Position numbers and translations under genes: made by a program
Shown here: positions 1 to 10,325 of the stretch, piece by piece
Layout of the letters: every line of letters begins with the position of its first letter
How positions within the stretch are numbered: the stretch's first letter is position 1
Notes under the pieces: model-generated
The model's input: the letters and a program-made list of their open reading frames with translations, nothing else
Database searches by the model: none
What the model was told of the DNA's origin: nothing
From: Defluviitaleaceae bacterium
Lineage (GTDB): Bacteria; Bacillota; Clostridia; Lachnospirales; WQUN01
Assembly (NCBI GenBank): GCA_009781755.1
Contig: WQVD01000003.1
Location: forward strand, 53,348 to 117,347
Direction: 5' to 3'
Length of the DNA: 64,000 nt

Positions 1-131
1 AGGATAGGCACGGCAATAAACATCGAGAACAAGATGCCGTAGGGCAGCAACAAAAACAGTGCGTGCATCCCATCGCCCATCGTGTTTACGCGGTCGCGCA
101 TGCTCTTGCGGGCGGTTTTACGTGCGGTCAT
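1..131 (-). CDS. ABC transporter permease, N-terminal fragment (gene runs off the window start)
   Basis: The ATG at 131-129 overlaps the TAA of the upstream gene (TAATG). The translation MTARKTARKSMRDRVNTMGDGMHALFLLLPYGILFSMFIAVPI is a basic tail followed by a first TM helix. That is typical of sugar-type permeases placed after binding-protein genes. Confidence 0.5.
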   Translation of the reverse strand, partial: MTARKTARKSMRDRVNTMGDGMHALFLLLPYGILFSMFIAVPI

Positions 132-3031
132 TAGCGATTCCCTCCCGCGTTTTCAATTTGTTCCAGCACCCAATCCAACTCGCGCACGACGTAGGGGCGT
201 AGCCAATTGCCATCGGCATCAATGAAGCCAAACTCCACCAACTTGCGGTGGAACTCACGGTTAATATCAATGACGCGCAGGTCAATGGCGACCCGCGGCG
301 GTGTGCCCTCAAAGACCATCGTGTTCCAAATATCGGACAACCTGCGCTCCAGCATGTATTGCCCGGGGCTGCGTGGTACGTCGCGCAACCACTGCATGGA
401 GTCGAGGATGACACGCAAGTGCTGATATTCAATGGGGGTTTGTTCCAATGCTTCAATGTTAGAGGACAGCCACAAGATGCGGAAGTTGGAAAATAATTGG
501 AACGCGAAGTTGCGTTGCGTTTCTGCGCTTAGGAACCATTGCAAAAACAGCCAGCCTTCGTCTGCCATGTCGGTATTGTCGAACATGATTGATCCCGTGC
601 CGTTGGCGATAAACCAACGTTGGATGCAGCCATATTCGTCCTCGATACCAGGGAAGGGAGCCAGATTCCATTGCCCCAGCAACTCCGGCGCGGTGTAGAG
701 GAGCAGCATGTACGTGGCCGCATCGATGATACCCACGGGCGTTTGACCAAAGCGGAACGAGTTAAAGAAAGACGGCACTTGCTCTGCCAACGCAAAGGTC
801 GTGAACAAGTCGCCCAAGAAGGTGAGTGCCTGTACGGCTTCGGGCTGGTCGATGGTAGTGGACAAGCCGTCCTCGGCGAAGAGTGACCCGCCGAACTGGT
901 AAATCAGCGGTGTGGTTTGGAAGAACCATTTATATCCCACGCCCGATGCGATGGGTTTGAAAAAGCTCATGTCAAAGCGTTGCAATACCGATTGCGCCTG
1001 CGCTACGTCGTGCCAAGTATCGGGTGCAGTCAAACCCAGCGGGGTCAAAATATCCGTGCGGTATACCGTAGCGGCAAAACCGACCGTCTCCGGCACGGCG
1101 AATACACTGTCATTAAAGATGTAGGGAATCAACGTGCCCGGTACATGGTTGCCCATGACTTCCCAAAAATTATCAAAGCTGCTCAAGTCGTACAACGCAC
1201 CGCGTGCACCCATTTCAAATGGCATAAACGCGGGTACGCCCAATGCCACGTCAGGGTTGGTACCCGCCGCGCGTGACAAAATCAAGCGCCCCACATCGGG
1301 CATGACGCTTAAATTTACTTGGATGCCCGTGTACGGCGTAAAAGTCGTGTCCACCATTTGTTGCAAGATATCCACGTGCAAGAACGAGTAGTTGACCCAT
1401 ACGTTCAGCGCGTTTTCGTCGTGTTGGATAGTGAATTTGTCTGATGCGAAAGTCGCCCACAAGTGCTGCATACCGGCGGAGAGGCTTTGCGTCATGCTTG
1501 CAGATTCACGCGGGAGGTCGGTTGCGCGGCCAATGTAGATGTTGTTGATGGTCAAACCGGAATCAATCAACGCATCCATAGCGATGCCCGTCATTTGCAA
1601 AATGGAGGCGTATGCGCCGTTGATCCGAGCCATATAAAGTGGTAGGCGGTCGGGGTTTTTTTGTAACAATTGCACATGGCTCAGCGCGGTAATTAAATTG
1701 TTGGCCGCGCCAGAATTTTGCCCGCGTGGGCTGTGGTTGCCCAGCTCGGTGATGAGGTCGCGCAGGATTACGTCGTAGGCGTCCAAATAACTTTCCAACG
1801 CGGGGATGTAGCGGGTGAGCCACCACGTGCGGTTGCGGTCAATTTCGCGTCCGGTGATGCGGCGTACTTCTAAGGCCAAATAATTGACGTGATCCACCAG
1901 CAGGCGCAACTGGTTCAGTTGATCCGAAATTGGGGCCAACTCGGTGCGGATGGACATGGTGTGCACGCCGGCTTCCAAAAAGAACATGAGCGGCTCGCCG
2001 TAGGCATCGGTCAGTGTTTGGTTGCGCCAGCGGTTGCCTGTGTGCGGCACCAGCGGGAACGACGCAGCTTCGTAAAAGGGGATTTCTCCGTTGATGCGCA
2101 CGGTGATGAAGGTGAAGAAGTCCTCCTGCGCGGTCTGTACATTGAGGGTAATGGCATGGTAGCCGGTTTCGTGCACTTCAAATTCGAAGAAGATTTCGTC
2201 GCCGGCGCGGCTCATGTCTGCCACGTTGATGACGCGATCTACGGGATGGAAAGGTTCTAATCCTGCATTTCGGCGGCCTTGCAATTGCACGAATGCGGAA
2301 TTGGTATGCGTGTTGTCGATGGCGTTAACCGTGATGAGGCTGTCCACCAGCGATGCTTGCGGTCGTACAAAATGTGGCAACATATTTTCGGAATACACGC
2401 CCAAGCCGTTGATATAAAGCGCGCGGGAGGTTTCGTTGGTAATGGTGATTTCGTTTGCGCCTGCTTGCAAATGGAACAGGAGCGGCGTGTCAGTGATGAA
2501 GCCCGCGTCAAACAATTCAATACGGGTAATCCCTTCTACGCGTAAACGCGCGGGGTTGATTTCGTCGCCGAAGCGGTTGAGTGGGAAGTCCTTGGTCTCG
2601 TCCTCCCAAAAGACGGGCAGGGTAATGGTGTGCGCTTCTTCAAATTGAACTTCCCCGTTGACCCGGACGGAAATGGTGAGGTTATTAAATGCATCGGGTG
2701 GCAATTCGTATTCCAACGCTAAGAAGTACAAACCCTCGGCGGGCACGGTCACGTGGTATGTAATGTAACCACGTTCACTGATGTTTGCCGACAGTGATAT
2801 CGTTTCGTTAAATTGCGGCGTGATGCCGCGCAGGCGGTGATGGGTCGATAAAAAATCCACATACTGATTACGTGGATTTTCAAAACTGCTACGCAGTAGG
2901 GTAGCGGCGGCGTTGGCTTCCTCACGCGTGGGTGAGTCAAAATCAATGCGGTTGGGAACGAATACAATGTATAACCCAATCGCAGTGATCAAGATGGCAA
3001 TGAGGCCTTGGATCAGCAGTTTGACGGACAT
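131..3031 (-). CDS. membrane-anchored ~966-aa extracellular protein with a C-terminal ABC solute-binding (family-1-like) domain
   Basis: From ORF 131..3100. The preferred ATG is at 3031 (MSVKLLIQGLIAILITAIGLYIV, a single TM helix) with GGAGGC about 7 nt upstream. The C-terminal half looks like a sugar-binding protein. The stop overlaps the permease start. Confidence 0.8.
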   Translation of the reverse strand: MSVKLLIQGLIAILITAIGLYIVFVPNRIDFDSPTREEANAAATLLRSSFENPRNQYVDFLSTHHRLRGITPQFNETISLSANISERGYITYHVTVPAEGLYFLALEYELPPDAFNNLTISVRVNGEVQFEEAHTITLPVFWEDETKDFPLNRFGDEINPARLRVEGITRIELFDAGFITDTPLLFHLQAGANEITITNETSRALYINGLGVYSENMLPHFVRPQASLVDSLITVNAIDNTHTNSAFVQLQGRRNAGLEPFHPVDRVINVADMSRAGDEIFFEFEVHETGYHAITLNVQTAQEDFFTFITVRINGEIPFYEAASFPLVPHTGNRWRNQTLTDAYGEPLMFFLEAGVHTMSIRTELAPISDQLNQLRLLVDHVNYLALEVRRITGREIDRNRTWWLTRYIPALESYLDAYDVILRDLITELGNHSPRGQNSGAANNLITALSHVQLLQKNPDRLPLYMARINGAYASILQMTGIAMDALIDSGLTINNIYIGRATDLPRESASMTQSLSAGMQHLWATFASDKFTIQHDENALNVWVNYSFLHVDILQQMVDTTFTPYTGIQVNLSVMPDVGRLILSRAAGTNPDVALGVPAFMPFEMGARGALYDLSSFDNFWEVMGNHVPGTLIPYIFNDSVFAVPETVGFAATVYRTDILTPLGLTAPDTWHDVAQAQSVLQRFDMSFFKPIASGVGYKWFFQTTPLIYQFGGSLFAEDGLSTTIDQPEAVQALTFLGDLFTTFALAEQVPSFFNSFRFGQTPVGIIDAATYMLLLYTAPELLGQWNLAPFPGIEDEYGCIQRWFIANGTGSIMFDNTDMADEGWLFLQWFLSAETQRNFAFQLFSNFRILWLSSNIEALEQTPIEYQHLRVILDSMQWLRDVPRSPGQYMLERRLSDIWNTMVFEGTPPRVAIDLRVIDINREFHRKLVEFGFIDADGNWLRPYVVRELDWVLEQIENAGGNR

Positions 3032-3136
3032 ATAAACGCCTCCGACTTGTATGGGGATATGAATATGTAAAAAGCCACGGGGAATAGGGATTGACCCCAT
3101 TCCCCATGGCTTTGTGTTCTATTAAAGCGATGTGAT

Positions 3137-4786
3137 TTATTCGGGGATGGTCAAACGTGGGTAGAAGCGGGCAATTGCGTCGTACAACGTGACGAATGCT
3201 TGCGCATAACGCTCGTTGATGACTCTGTCCCATTCGGGCATGAGTGACAATACGAGGTCTGCCCATTCGGGCTCGTGCTCTGCTGCGCCTGCTACGCCTG
3301 CGGTGTGGCGGTTCCACCACTCGCGGGCGATTGCGCCGTCATCATCGGTCCATGGGAATACGGTTTGCACGACCTCCCAAATGTAACCTTCATTCCATAG
3401 GTGCATAACTTCTTGCCATCCAGGCATCAGGTTTGCATCATTGAAGCGCTGGCGGGCGGGTACACGTGCCCAGTGATACATGTGCGTTTCGAAGGTTTCG
3501 CCGGTGGCGAAGCTGAAGGAGGGGTTCAATGCACGTTGGGGTGCGCCTGCAGAGTCGTGGAATACTTGATCGGCACGAGCTTCCCAAGACGTGTTGCTTA
3601 CCAGCCAGAAGGTGGCGAACTCCCAAGCGATTTGCTTGTTGAGCCATTCTTCGGGGGTGAGTACACCATCGGGGCCTGCAAAGTTGCGCATGGCGATGGG
3701 GTCAATGGAGATGCCTACATGGTTGGGCAGGCCGATTGCTGCGTTGGACGGACGGGGGAAGATATCCCAGTCGCTGGAATTAACTTCGTTGACACCACCA
3801 GGCAGGGCTGCGCCGCTGATCATGTATGCATTTTGGTTGTTGGTGAGTACCGTACCGCTACGGAAGAAGCCCCATGAGCTTGAACCGTTGGCGCTGAAGA
3901 ACTCATCGGAGAGCAATCCTTGGTTGCGTTGTTGCCACATGGAGTGGGGCACGAAACGGGCTGCATCGCGTACAAATTGGCGGTTGGCTTCGGTGTCGAT
4001 GTTCATGAACGGATCGTTGGGGCCGCGGTTAAACAATTGATAATGAATGTCGCGAGTCGATGAGTTCATGACGTTCCACGGGATACTTACGCCGCCCAAA
4101 AATACCTCGTGCTGGGAGTTGGCGGCAAATGTCATGTATTGTTGCCATGTCCAGTTGATAGGGGGGATGTCAATGTTATGTTCGTTGGCCAATGCGCGGT
4201 TGACCCAAATGCCGTTGGGTACCATCCATTGCGGCAAGCCAAACAGGCGGCCGTCATAGGACATCAAGTCAACAATGGCGGGGTTAAACAGCTGCATGCG
4301 CGGGTCGTCTTCAAATACAGACAAGTCCGCTACGAAACCGCGTTGGATTTCGTCCACCAAGTTGGTTACGTGGAAGATGTCGATTGTTACACCCATGGTG
4401 TCGGCTACCATCGAGCGGTGCTCAATCCACGGGGTGTCGTCGCGGTTGGGTGAGCCGGAATGCGCCCACAAGTTAATTTCGACATTGGGGAAGATTTGGT
4501 TGAATTCGCGTGCTACGGCGTGGATGGCCGCTACGTTCATGGCACCGGCAAAGTCGTCCGGCCCCAAGTTCATTTGGCCGATGTTGGGCCACCAAGCATC
4601 GTTACCTGCGATCAACATTACGTTGACAGAACCTTCGGTATCCGTGGGGATGCCTACAAAGGTTTGTGGGTCAACGGCGGGGCCGCGGTTGCCCCCGTTG
4701 TCGTCGTTTCTGCCGCAAGCTGCAAAAGTTAGCATGCCTGCTGCAATGGCGATCAACAAAATGACTTTGATGAATTTTTTCATCAC
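3137..4786 (-). CDS. ABC transporter substrate-binding lipoprotein (sugar/oligosaccharide type)
   Basis: 549-aa ORF with a signal peptide and lipobox (LTFAAC-G). An AGGAGGAG SD lies at about 4792-4800. The start is GTG 4786 or ATG 4783. Confidence 0.85.
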   Translation of the reverse strand: MMKKFIKVILLIAIAAGMLTFAACGRNDDNGGNRGPAVDPQTFVGIPTDTEGSVNVMLIAGNDAWWPNIGQMNLGPDDFAGAMNVAAIHAVAREFNQIFPNVEINLWAHSGSPNRDDTPWIEHRSMVADTMGVTIDIFHVTNLVDEIQRGFVADLSVFEDDPRMQLFNPAIVDLMSYDGRLFGLPQWMVPNGIWVNRALANEHNIDIPPINWTWQQYMTFAANSQHEVFLGGVSIPWNVMNSSTRDIHYQLFNRGPNDPFMNIDTEANRQFVRDAARFVPHSMWQQRNQGLLSDEFFSANGSSSWGFFRSGTVLTNNQNAYMISGAALPGGVNEVNSSDWDIFPRPSNAAIGLPNHVGISIDPIAMRNFAGPDGVLTPEEWLNKQIAWEFATFWLVSNTSWEARADQVFHDSAGAPQRALNPSFSFATGETFETHMYHWARVPARQRFNDANLMPGWQEVMHLWNEGYIWEVVQTVFPWTDDDGAIAREWWNRHTAGVAGAAEHEPEWADLVLSLMPEWDRVINERYAQAFVTLYDAIARFYPRLTIPE

Positions 4787-4931
4787 GGATATCTCCTCCT
4801 AATTGTGGCCGATGGCCATGGTGGGAGGCAAAATGCACAAAATATTCTGCTCCCTGAATCGCATTATAGATGAATGTGCCATGCGTTGCAATGCATTTGT
4901 AACATTACTTGTGATTTTACACGTTTGAATG

Positions 4932-4979
4932 GATAAAATAAATAATGGCACGTGATGTTACACAATGCGTGCCGTTATT
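4932..4979 (-). terminator. intrinsic terminator after the glycoside hydrolase gene
   Basis: On the minus strand: AATAACGGCACG, a 14-nt loop, CGTGCCATTATT, then TATTTTAT. Confidence 0.6.
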
Positions 4980-5010
4980 CTTGAGGTTTGTTTGTGAAAA
5001 TTATCTAAGT

Positions 5011-8000
5011 TTAGAATGCGCGGAACGCCGCAACACGCGGCCACTGCGTGTATACCTCGTCGGTACATGTCACAATCAGGCGAATAAAGCGGCCTGTCGT
5101 TAATTGGTTGTTGCCAGGTGTGATGTGGTTATATAACGGCGCCAGCAATCTGTCCGTTACCGGGGGATTGGCCACGGATGCAAAATAATTCCAAGTTTCG
5201 CCGTCGTAGGAGAGCCAAATGGCAAAGTGCTGCATGGCGTCGGAAGGGTTGTCGGCCAAGTGTGACCGCCCCCATTCGATTTCTATGCGGGATATATTGT
5301 GGACTTCGCCCAGGTCAATCATGAGCCAGTGGTACAAATCATCCGCGCCGCCATAAGCCTGCCAGAATGAGCTGTGTTGGTACGTGCCTTCGACAAAAGA
5401 CAAATCGCCGTCCACCGCACGTTCGGGCAGGGCCAGCACATTGTGCGGGTTTACGGAAGAACCCCACGTAGGCTGCCTAAACGCCAAGTCGCCGGGCACA
5501 AATCCATCGGAAACGGAAAACGCCGCCGTCAATGTGGTGTCGCTCGTGATATTCGTAAAATCTCCATCCCAGCCGATGAAGTCGGAAAACGCATCGCGAA
5601 AGGGGGTGGGGGGTGCGGTGGCGTTGTTTCCGTAAGTGATGGTTTGCGTATCAATCACCGCGCCGTCGCTGTTGCGGAACACGACCGTAAACGTCTGTGC
5701 GAACACCGCCGTGGCGGTGATGTCAGCGTTGATATGCATGAAGTTGGAAACGTCCCAGCCTGTAAATACGTAACCCGTGCGGGGCGCAACTTCGGGTGGC
5801 ATGGCAAATTCGCCGTAGGCCACGGTGTCGGTGCGGATGACTTGGTTGTTCCAATCGCGGAAAGTGACGTTAAATAGTTGTGCTTCACCCGCCGTGCGCG
5901 GGAAAGTGGCAGAAATAATTGCGCCGCCGTGGGGGTTTAAGGTGCTGGTTGCGCCCTCGACCGTGAAGAAGTCACGCGGGATGAGCCCCGGCAAGTAGTT
6001 AACGCCCGCCGTGGGCTGCAAACGGATGACGGCGGTGTACGCCACGCCCTCGGCAAAAATGCCGTCGGTGGGGGTGGGGTACCATGAGATGGTTGCATTT
6101 TGCAACCAACTGGTGGTGAACTCGGTGACTGCCGTTTCTCCGGCGACGGGAGCGGGTAGGTTGTCAATTGCTGCCGCGCTTGCAGGCAGGAAGATATCCC
6201 AAGTATCTGCCGCGTCTATGACGGGCACCAGCGGTGGCAAGACATACCCCGCGGGGTTGCCGTGCTCGCGGAATAACATACCCAGCGGCCACAATTGCCC
6301 CGTGGATGCATCGTAAGTCGTGCGCATGCCGCGGTATTGCGTGCCCACGCCATTGACCACCGGCGATCCATGGTTAAACGGACGAAAGGTAAACCATGCA
6401 AAGCGTTCAATCCACGGCGTCTCGGTCATGAATTCCATCAACTCAACGAAACCGTTGTACAGCACATTGTCCGTCAAACTGCGGCCGTATACCGCATGAT
6501 TGGGCCACAAATTATCCGACGGCGCGCGCGAGCCCAACTCCGTAATCCAAATCGGATGATCCGGCCATAGGGTATGCGTGCTCATCATATTGCTGCGGAA
6601 ATTGGCAAATGTGGGCCAAGTGGCATAATCGTGGTAGGCAATAATGTCTACATAGTCGATGATGCCCAAACGATCGTCCACGAGTGCCATGGGGCCGTTG
6701 GGGTGGCGGCTGTATCTGCCGTCCAACATGCTGTGCATGTACGGGCTGTTCGGCCACGCCGTTACAGGCGAAAGCAAGCGAATGTCATTGCGGAAAGGCA
6801 CAAAGGAATCCATCCAACGGTCAATGACGATATCCACGGAAATGCTTGCTTCTTCGACCAAGTCGGGCTCGTTAAAGCCCATGAAAGTGGTGAAGCCACG
6901 ATCGACGGCAGCTTGGATATTGTTTTGGATGCCGGCAGAGGACAAATTACCCCATTGCATGGGTACAAACTCAAGATGCTCTGCTCCGGCCATGGGTTGC
7001 TGCCCCCAATTATAAAACCAAGCCTGCCCCATGGGTGGCACGCGCAAAACCGCAGAACGCGCCAAGCCCTTCTTGGTCACATAAAAATTCATTTCGCTTG
7101 AAGCCGCCACCAAATTGCCAAACATCGCATCCACGCGCAGGGTGTGACGGGCTACTTCCACTTCATAAAAATAATGACGCAGGATTTCATCATCCGCTTG
7201 AGGGATATAAAACAGAAACTCATTATTCAAATAAACCCGATACCTCGTGATATCACGCAGGAAGCTGTTGGCATTGGTAAACGCCAATTGAAAACGTCCG
7301 GCGGCGTTGAGTCGGTCACGCATGGGGGACATGATGGCAAATGCTTCCCACTCGGCACGGTTGCGCGTATCCGTTATTGTTCCGTTCATCATCATTTCAA
7401 AATCCACCGGTGCAATGTTCCAGTGCGTAGGGGGCATGGGATTGTGCGGTGCAGGATTTTGGTTGCGCACAAGCGGGTTGGCAATGGGCAAATGGTCGGC
7501 ATTACTAAGCCCCAACGGGTCGCCATGCGCCAAGGATGTACCCGTGGCGCGGTTGGTGATAATTCGATATACGCCATGTGTAACCGCGCCCAGCTCGTAA
7601 TAACGCTGGCTCTCCAACGTATACACCAACTGCCAATGCTGGTAAGCATTGCCGCCATCACGCGGGGCAAGCAAGACAGTATCACCATCAACCGTAAGCA
7701 CCGCCTGATTGACTATTGATTGAATATAAAACCACTCCGTCTCACCCGGCGCAGCAATAAGTCGGAAGATTTGATCGTGGCTATCAACCTCCACACGGGC
7801 AGTGGTCGCAACGCCATCATCCAACGCAGTAACAACTTGTGTTTCATTGCCCCCCCCATACCAAGCCGCACGTTGCCATATCCGATAAAAAGTAACCCCC
7901 TCGCTAAAAGTCAACGCTTCCACCGTAGGCGAAGGATTGTATGCAAGCACAGGAGGCACTTGTGCGGGAGGTTGCGTAGGCGTTGCTTCATATACATAAG

Positions 8001-8133
8001 GCGTAGCATACGTGGTTTCCCCATCGTCGGGATAGTCAGTTTCGCCATCATTATTGCGCCGCGAAGAACAACCCGCAAAAACAGCGAAAAAAAATAAAGC
8101 CATAACCAATCCGAAAATCAATTTCCTCATCAA
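5011..8133 (-). CDS. secreted multidomain glycoside hydrolase lipoprotein (ricin-type lectin, PF11790-like GH catalytic core, two Listeria-Bacteroides repeats, F5/8 type C discoidin)
   Basis: 1040-aa ORF with lipobox FAVFAGC-S and a QxW-like YQHWQL motif. The GH core shows WFYNWGQQP...MGFNEPDL...IWITELG. Two repeats have the form F.V.F....G..I.TQ.V.YG..A..P....GY.F.GW. The C-terminus reads AVDGD...WLMIDLG...ISRIEIEW. The start is TTG 8133 or ATG 8130, after AAGGAG. Confidence 0.85.
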   Translation of the reverse strand: MMRKLIFGLVMALFFFAVFAGCSSRRNNDGETDYPDDGETTYATPYVYEATPTQPPAQVPPVLAYNPSPTVEALTFSEGVTFYRIWQRAAWYGGGNETQVVTALDDGVATTARVEVDSHDQIFRLIAAPGETEWFYIQSIVNQAVLTVDGDTVLLAPRDGGNAYQHWQLVYTLESQRYYELGAVTHGVYRIITNRATGTSLAHGDPLGLSNADHLPIANPLVRNQNPAPHNPMPPTHWNIAPVDFEMMMNGTITDTRNRAEWEAFAIMSPMRDRLNAAGRFQLAFTNANSFLRDITRYRVYLNNEFLFYIPQADDEILRHYFYEVEVARHTLRVDAMFGNLVAASSEMNFYVTKKGLARSAVLRVPPMGQAWFYNWGQQPMAGAEHLEFVPMQWGNLSSAGIQNNIQAAVDRGFTTFMGFNEPDLVEEASISVDIVIDRWMDSFVPFRNDIRLLSPVTAWPNSPYMHSMLDGRYSRHPNGPMALVDDRLGIIDYVDIIAYHDYATWPTFANFRSNMMSTHTLWPDHPIWITELGSRAPSDNLWPNHAVYGRSLTDNVLYNGFVELMEFMTETPWIERFAWFTFRPFNHGSPVVNGVGTQYRGMRTTYDASTGQLWPLGMLFREHGNPAGYVLPPLVPVIDAADTWDIFLPASAAAIDNLPAPVAGETAVTEFTTSWLQNATISWYPTPTDGIFAEGVAYTAVIRLQPTAGVNYLPGLIPRDFFTVEGATSTLNPHGGAIISATFPRTAGEAQLFNVTFRDWNNQVIRTDTVAYGEFAMPPEVAPRTGYVFTGWDVSNFMHINADITATAVFAQTFTVVFRNSDGAVIDTQTITYGNNATAPPTPFRDAFSDFIGWDGDFTNITSDTTLTAAFSVSDGFVPGDLAFRQPTWGSSVNPHNVLALPERAVDGDLSFVEGTYQHSSFWQAYGGADDLYHWLMIDLGEVHNISRIEIEWGRSHLADNPSDAMQHFAIWLSYDGETWNYFASVANPPVTDRLLAPLYNHITPGNNQLTTGRFIRLIVTCTDEVYTQWPRVAAFRAF

Positions 8134-8171
8134 TGGTGCGCTCCTTTATAAACATTGTATAACCCCTAACC

Positions 8172-8201
8172 CAAGAAACCGCGCAAGTGCGCGGTTTCTT
8201 G
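8172..8201. terminator. GC-rich hairpin between operons (possible terminator)
   Basis: CAAGAAACCGCGC-AAGT-GCGCGGTTTCTTG. The T-tract is weak and present only on the plus strand. Confidence 0.4.
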
Positions 8202-8223
8202 ATGCTTTTAAATCCATGCAACA

Positions 8224-8306
8224 GCCATGATTGCGTTGCGGCAGCACGAAAGGGGTAAAGGGGATTATTCCCCTTGCGGGTCCGGGCAGCGCCCGGGGTC
8301 TTAATC
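8224..8306 (-). repeat. REP/MITE-like element family 1, copy A
   Basis: On the plus strand it reads GCCATGATTG...GGGGTAAAGGGGATTATTCCCCTTGCGGGTCCGGGCAGCGCCCGGGGTCTTAATC. It lies 26 nt downstream of the oxidoreductase stop. The strand is given as co-oriented with that gene. Confidence 0.75.
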
Positions 8307-8331
8307 TTTTATCATTTATCTTCCCTCGCGC

Positions 8332-9426
8332 CTATTTCCAACGCTTCTTCAACTCAGCCTCAAACAACCCCTCATCCAACGGCAACTCAACCGTCTTGCC
8401 CAACCAACTCGAAAGATGTATCGCATTCGAAATCGTCAACCCATGAATCCCTTCTTCGCCACGGGCAACGAGTTCACCCTCGCCGTTAATCTTGGCGACG
8501 AACGCGTTTAACACGCCTACATGGTCGGGGTATTCGCCGGGGCATTCTACTTCGTATGTCTCGGCCTTCGGAGATGCGAACATTTCTTTGTTGGTGGCGT
8601 TAAATTCGCGTTCGCCCATGGCCAGCTTGGTGTGGATGAGTTTGCCCTTTTCGCATACCAAGCGACCCTTGTCGCCCAATACCTCGAAGCGATTATTGCC
8701 CGGGCAATCTGCCGTGGAGGTGATGAATACACCCGTCGCGCCGTTTTCGTATTCGGCGTAGGCGGTTACGTCGTCTTCGACTTCAATGTTGTGCCACTTG
8801 CCTTCGTGTACGAAAGAGGTGATGCGCTTGGGCATGCCGACAATCCACTGCCACAAGTCAAGGTTGTGGGGGCACTGGTTGATGAGTACGCCGCCGCCTT
8901 CACCCTTCCATGTGGCGCGCCAACCGCCGCTATCGTAATAAGCTTGGGGGCGGTACCAATCGGTGATGAGCCACGAGAAACGCTTGATTTCACCCAATTC
9001 ACCGCCTTGTACCATGTCGTGCATCTTGCGGTAGATGGGGTTGGTGCGCTGGTTGTACATGATGGCGAACACTACGTCGGATTGCGCGGCCTTCTCGTTC
9101 ATGGCGCGGACGGCCTTGGTATATACGCCGGCGGGTTTCTCGATGAGTATGTGGTGGTTGGCTTCCATTGCCTGTATGGCAAGGGTGGGGTGGTCGTAGT
9201 GGGGGGTGGCGACGACGATGGCATCGCAAGTTTTGCTCGCAAGCAGCGCTTCTGCGGTGGCAAAGGTCTTGACGTTGGGATGGTTCTCTTGCACCCAAGC
9301 AAGTTTGTCGGGGTTGGTGTCGCAGATGGCGGTGATTTCTGCGCCGGGAACACGTCTGTTCCATATGTGGTTGCCAATTACGTTGCGCCCATGCACGCCG
9401 AAGCCGATAATGCCGATTTTAACCAT
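8332..9426 (-). CDS. Gfo/Idh/MocA family oxidoreductase
   Basis: The N-terminal Rossmann motif is MVKIGIIGFGVHG. Length is 364 aa. An SD (GGGAGTG) sits inside the 3' end of the upstream gene. Confidence 0.9.
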   Translation of the reverse strand: MVKIGIIGFGVHGRNVIGNHIWNRRVPGAEITAICDTNPDKLAWVQENHPNVKTFATAEALLASKTCDAIVVATPHYDHPTLAIQAMEANHHILIEKPAGVYTKAVRAMNEKAAQSDVVFAIMYNQRTNPIYRKMHDMVQGGELGEIKRFSWLITDWYRPQAYYDSGGWRATWKGEGGGVLINQCPHNLDLWQWIVGMPKRITSFVHEGKWHNIEVEDDVTAYAEYENGATGVFITSTADCPGNNRFEVLGDKGRLVCEKGKLIHTKLAMGEREFNATNKEMFASPKAETYEVECPGEYPDHVGVLNAFVAKINGEGELVARGEEGIHGLTISNAIHLSSWLGKTVELPLDEGLFEAELKKRWK

Positions 9427-9427
9427 G

Positions 9428-10180
9428 TTAAATCACTCCCTTCAAATTGTTAAAGCTGGTTTGTAACGCTACGAACGGATCTACGCCGTTGCAATCGTCT
9501 TGTTCGACCATGGCGTAATCTACACCGCCGTTGCAGCAAGCCTCAAAGATAGGCGGCCAATTGAGGTTGCCCTCCATGACTTCGGCCATGCGGCGGCTGC
9601 CCTTGGCCCAAGACATATCTTTGAAGTGCACCACAGGAATACGCCCGGCCAGTTTGTTGAACCACGCGGCAGGGTCGCCACCGGCAGCTTGCACCCAATA
9701 AGTATCTAAAATAAATCCCAAATCCGGGAATTCGTCGATAAGGTATTCAATCATGCGCTTCGTTCCGTATTTCTCCCATTCAAAATCATGGTTGTGGTAC
9801 ATGAACAACATGCCGGCTTCTTTCAAAGCGTTGGATGCGGGGGTGTAGTCGGCAATGAACTTGCGCACGCCTGCTTCATCACGACTATACTCGCCGGGCA
9901 TGGCACCGATGCCTACGTATTTGGCACCCATGGTGCGGTGGTCGGCGATGACGGCGTCAATTTGATCACGTACTTTGATGGGGTTAGTGTGCGTGATGAC
10001 GATTTCCAAGCCATTGGACGCGCATATATCAGCCACATCCTTGATGGCGATATCGCCGCCAATGCCCGAAATTTGTACGCATTTGTACCCAATGTCCGCA
10101 ATTTTTTTCATCGATGCCGCGAAGTCCGCCGTCGTTTGCGTAAAGTCGCGGATGGTAAAGAGTTGCGCTCCGATTTTCAT
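9428..10180 (-). CDS. sugar phosphate isomerase/epimerase (xylose isomerase-like TIM barrel)
   Basis: The ATG at 10180 (MKIGAQLFTIRDF) is preceded by GGGAGG. The sequence is typical of this family and the gene is adjacent to a Gfo/Idh/MocA partner. Confidence 0.85.
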   Translation of the reverse strand: MKIGAQLFTIRDFTQTTADFAASMKKIADIGYKCVQISGIGGDIAIKDVADICASNGLEIVITHTNPIKVRDQIDAVIADHRTMGAKYVGIGAMPGEYSRDEAGVRKFIADYTPASNALKEAGMLFMYHNHDFEWEKYGTKRMIEYLIDEFPDLGFILDTYWVQAAGGDPAAWFNKLAGRIPVVHFKDMSWAKGSRRMAEVMEGNLNWPPIFEACCNGGVDYAMVEQDDCNGVDPFVALQTSFNNLKGVI

Positions 10181-10325
10181 TGATAACCTCCCAATTCCAT
10201 TTATTTGCACTATAGCACTGCGCTTTATTTAAGGCAAGCTTGTGATTTATGTACGTAGCGGTTGCTATATTAATGAAGCGATGGTATAAAACAACAAAAT
10301 TATAACGCAACATAGGAGGCAATTC

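Noticed and set aside
8521-9453. Long antisense ORFs opposite real genes. Examples are 8521..9453 (+), 30353..31114 (+), 32761..33654 (+), 14399..15196 (-), 56032..56922 (-), 20297..20896 (-) and 38244..38912 (-).
   Set aside because: Each overlaps a gene with clear family motifs on the other strand. The translations are low-complexity (Arg/Gly/Val/His-rich or repeat shadows) and lack SD sequences. They are typical shadow ORFs of GC-rich or repetitive coding DNA.
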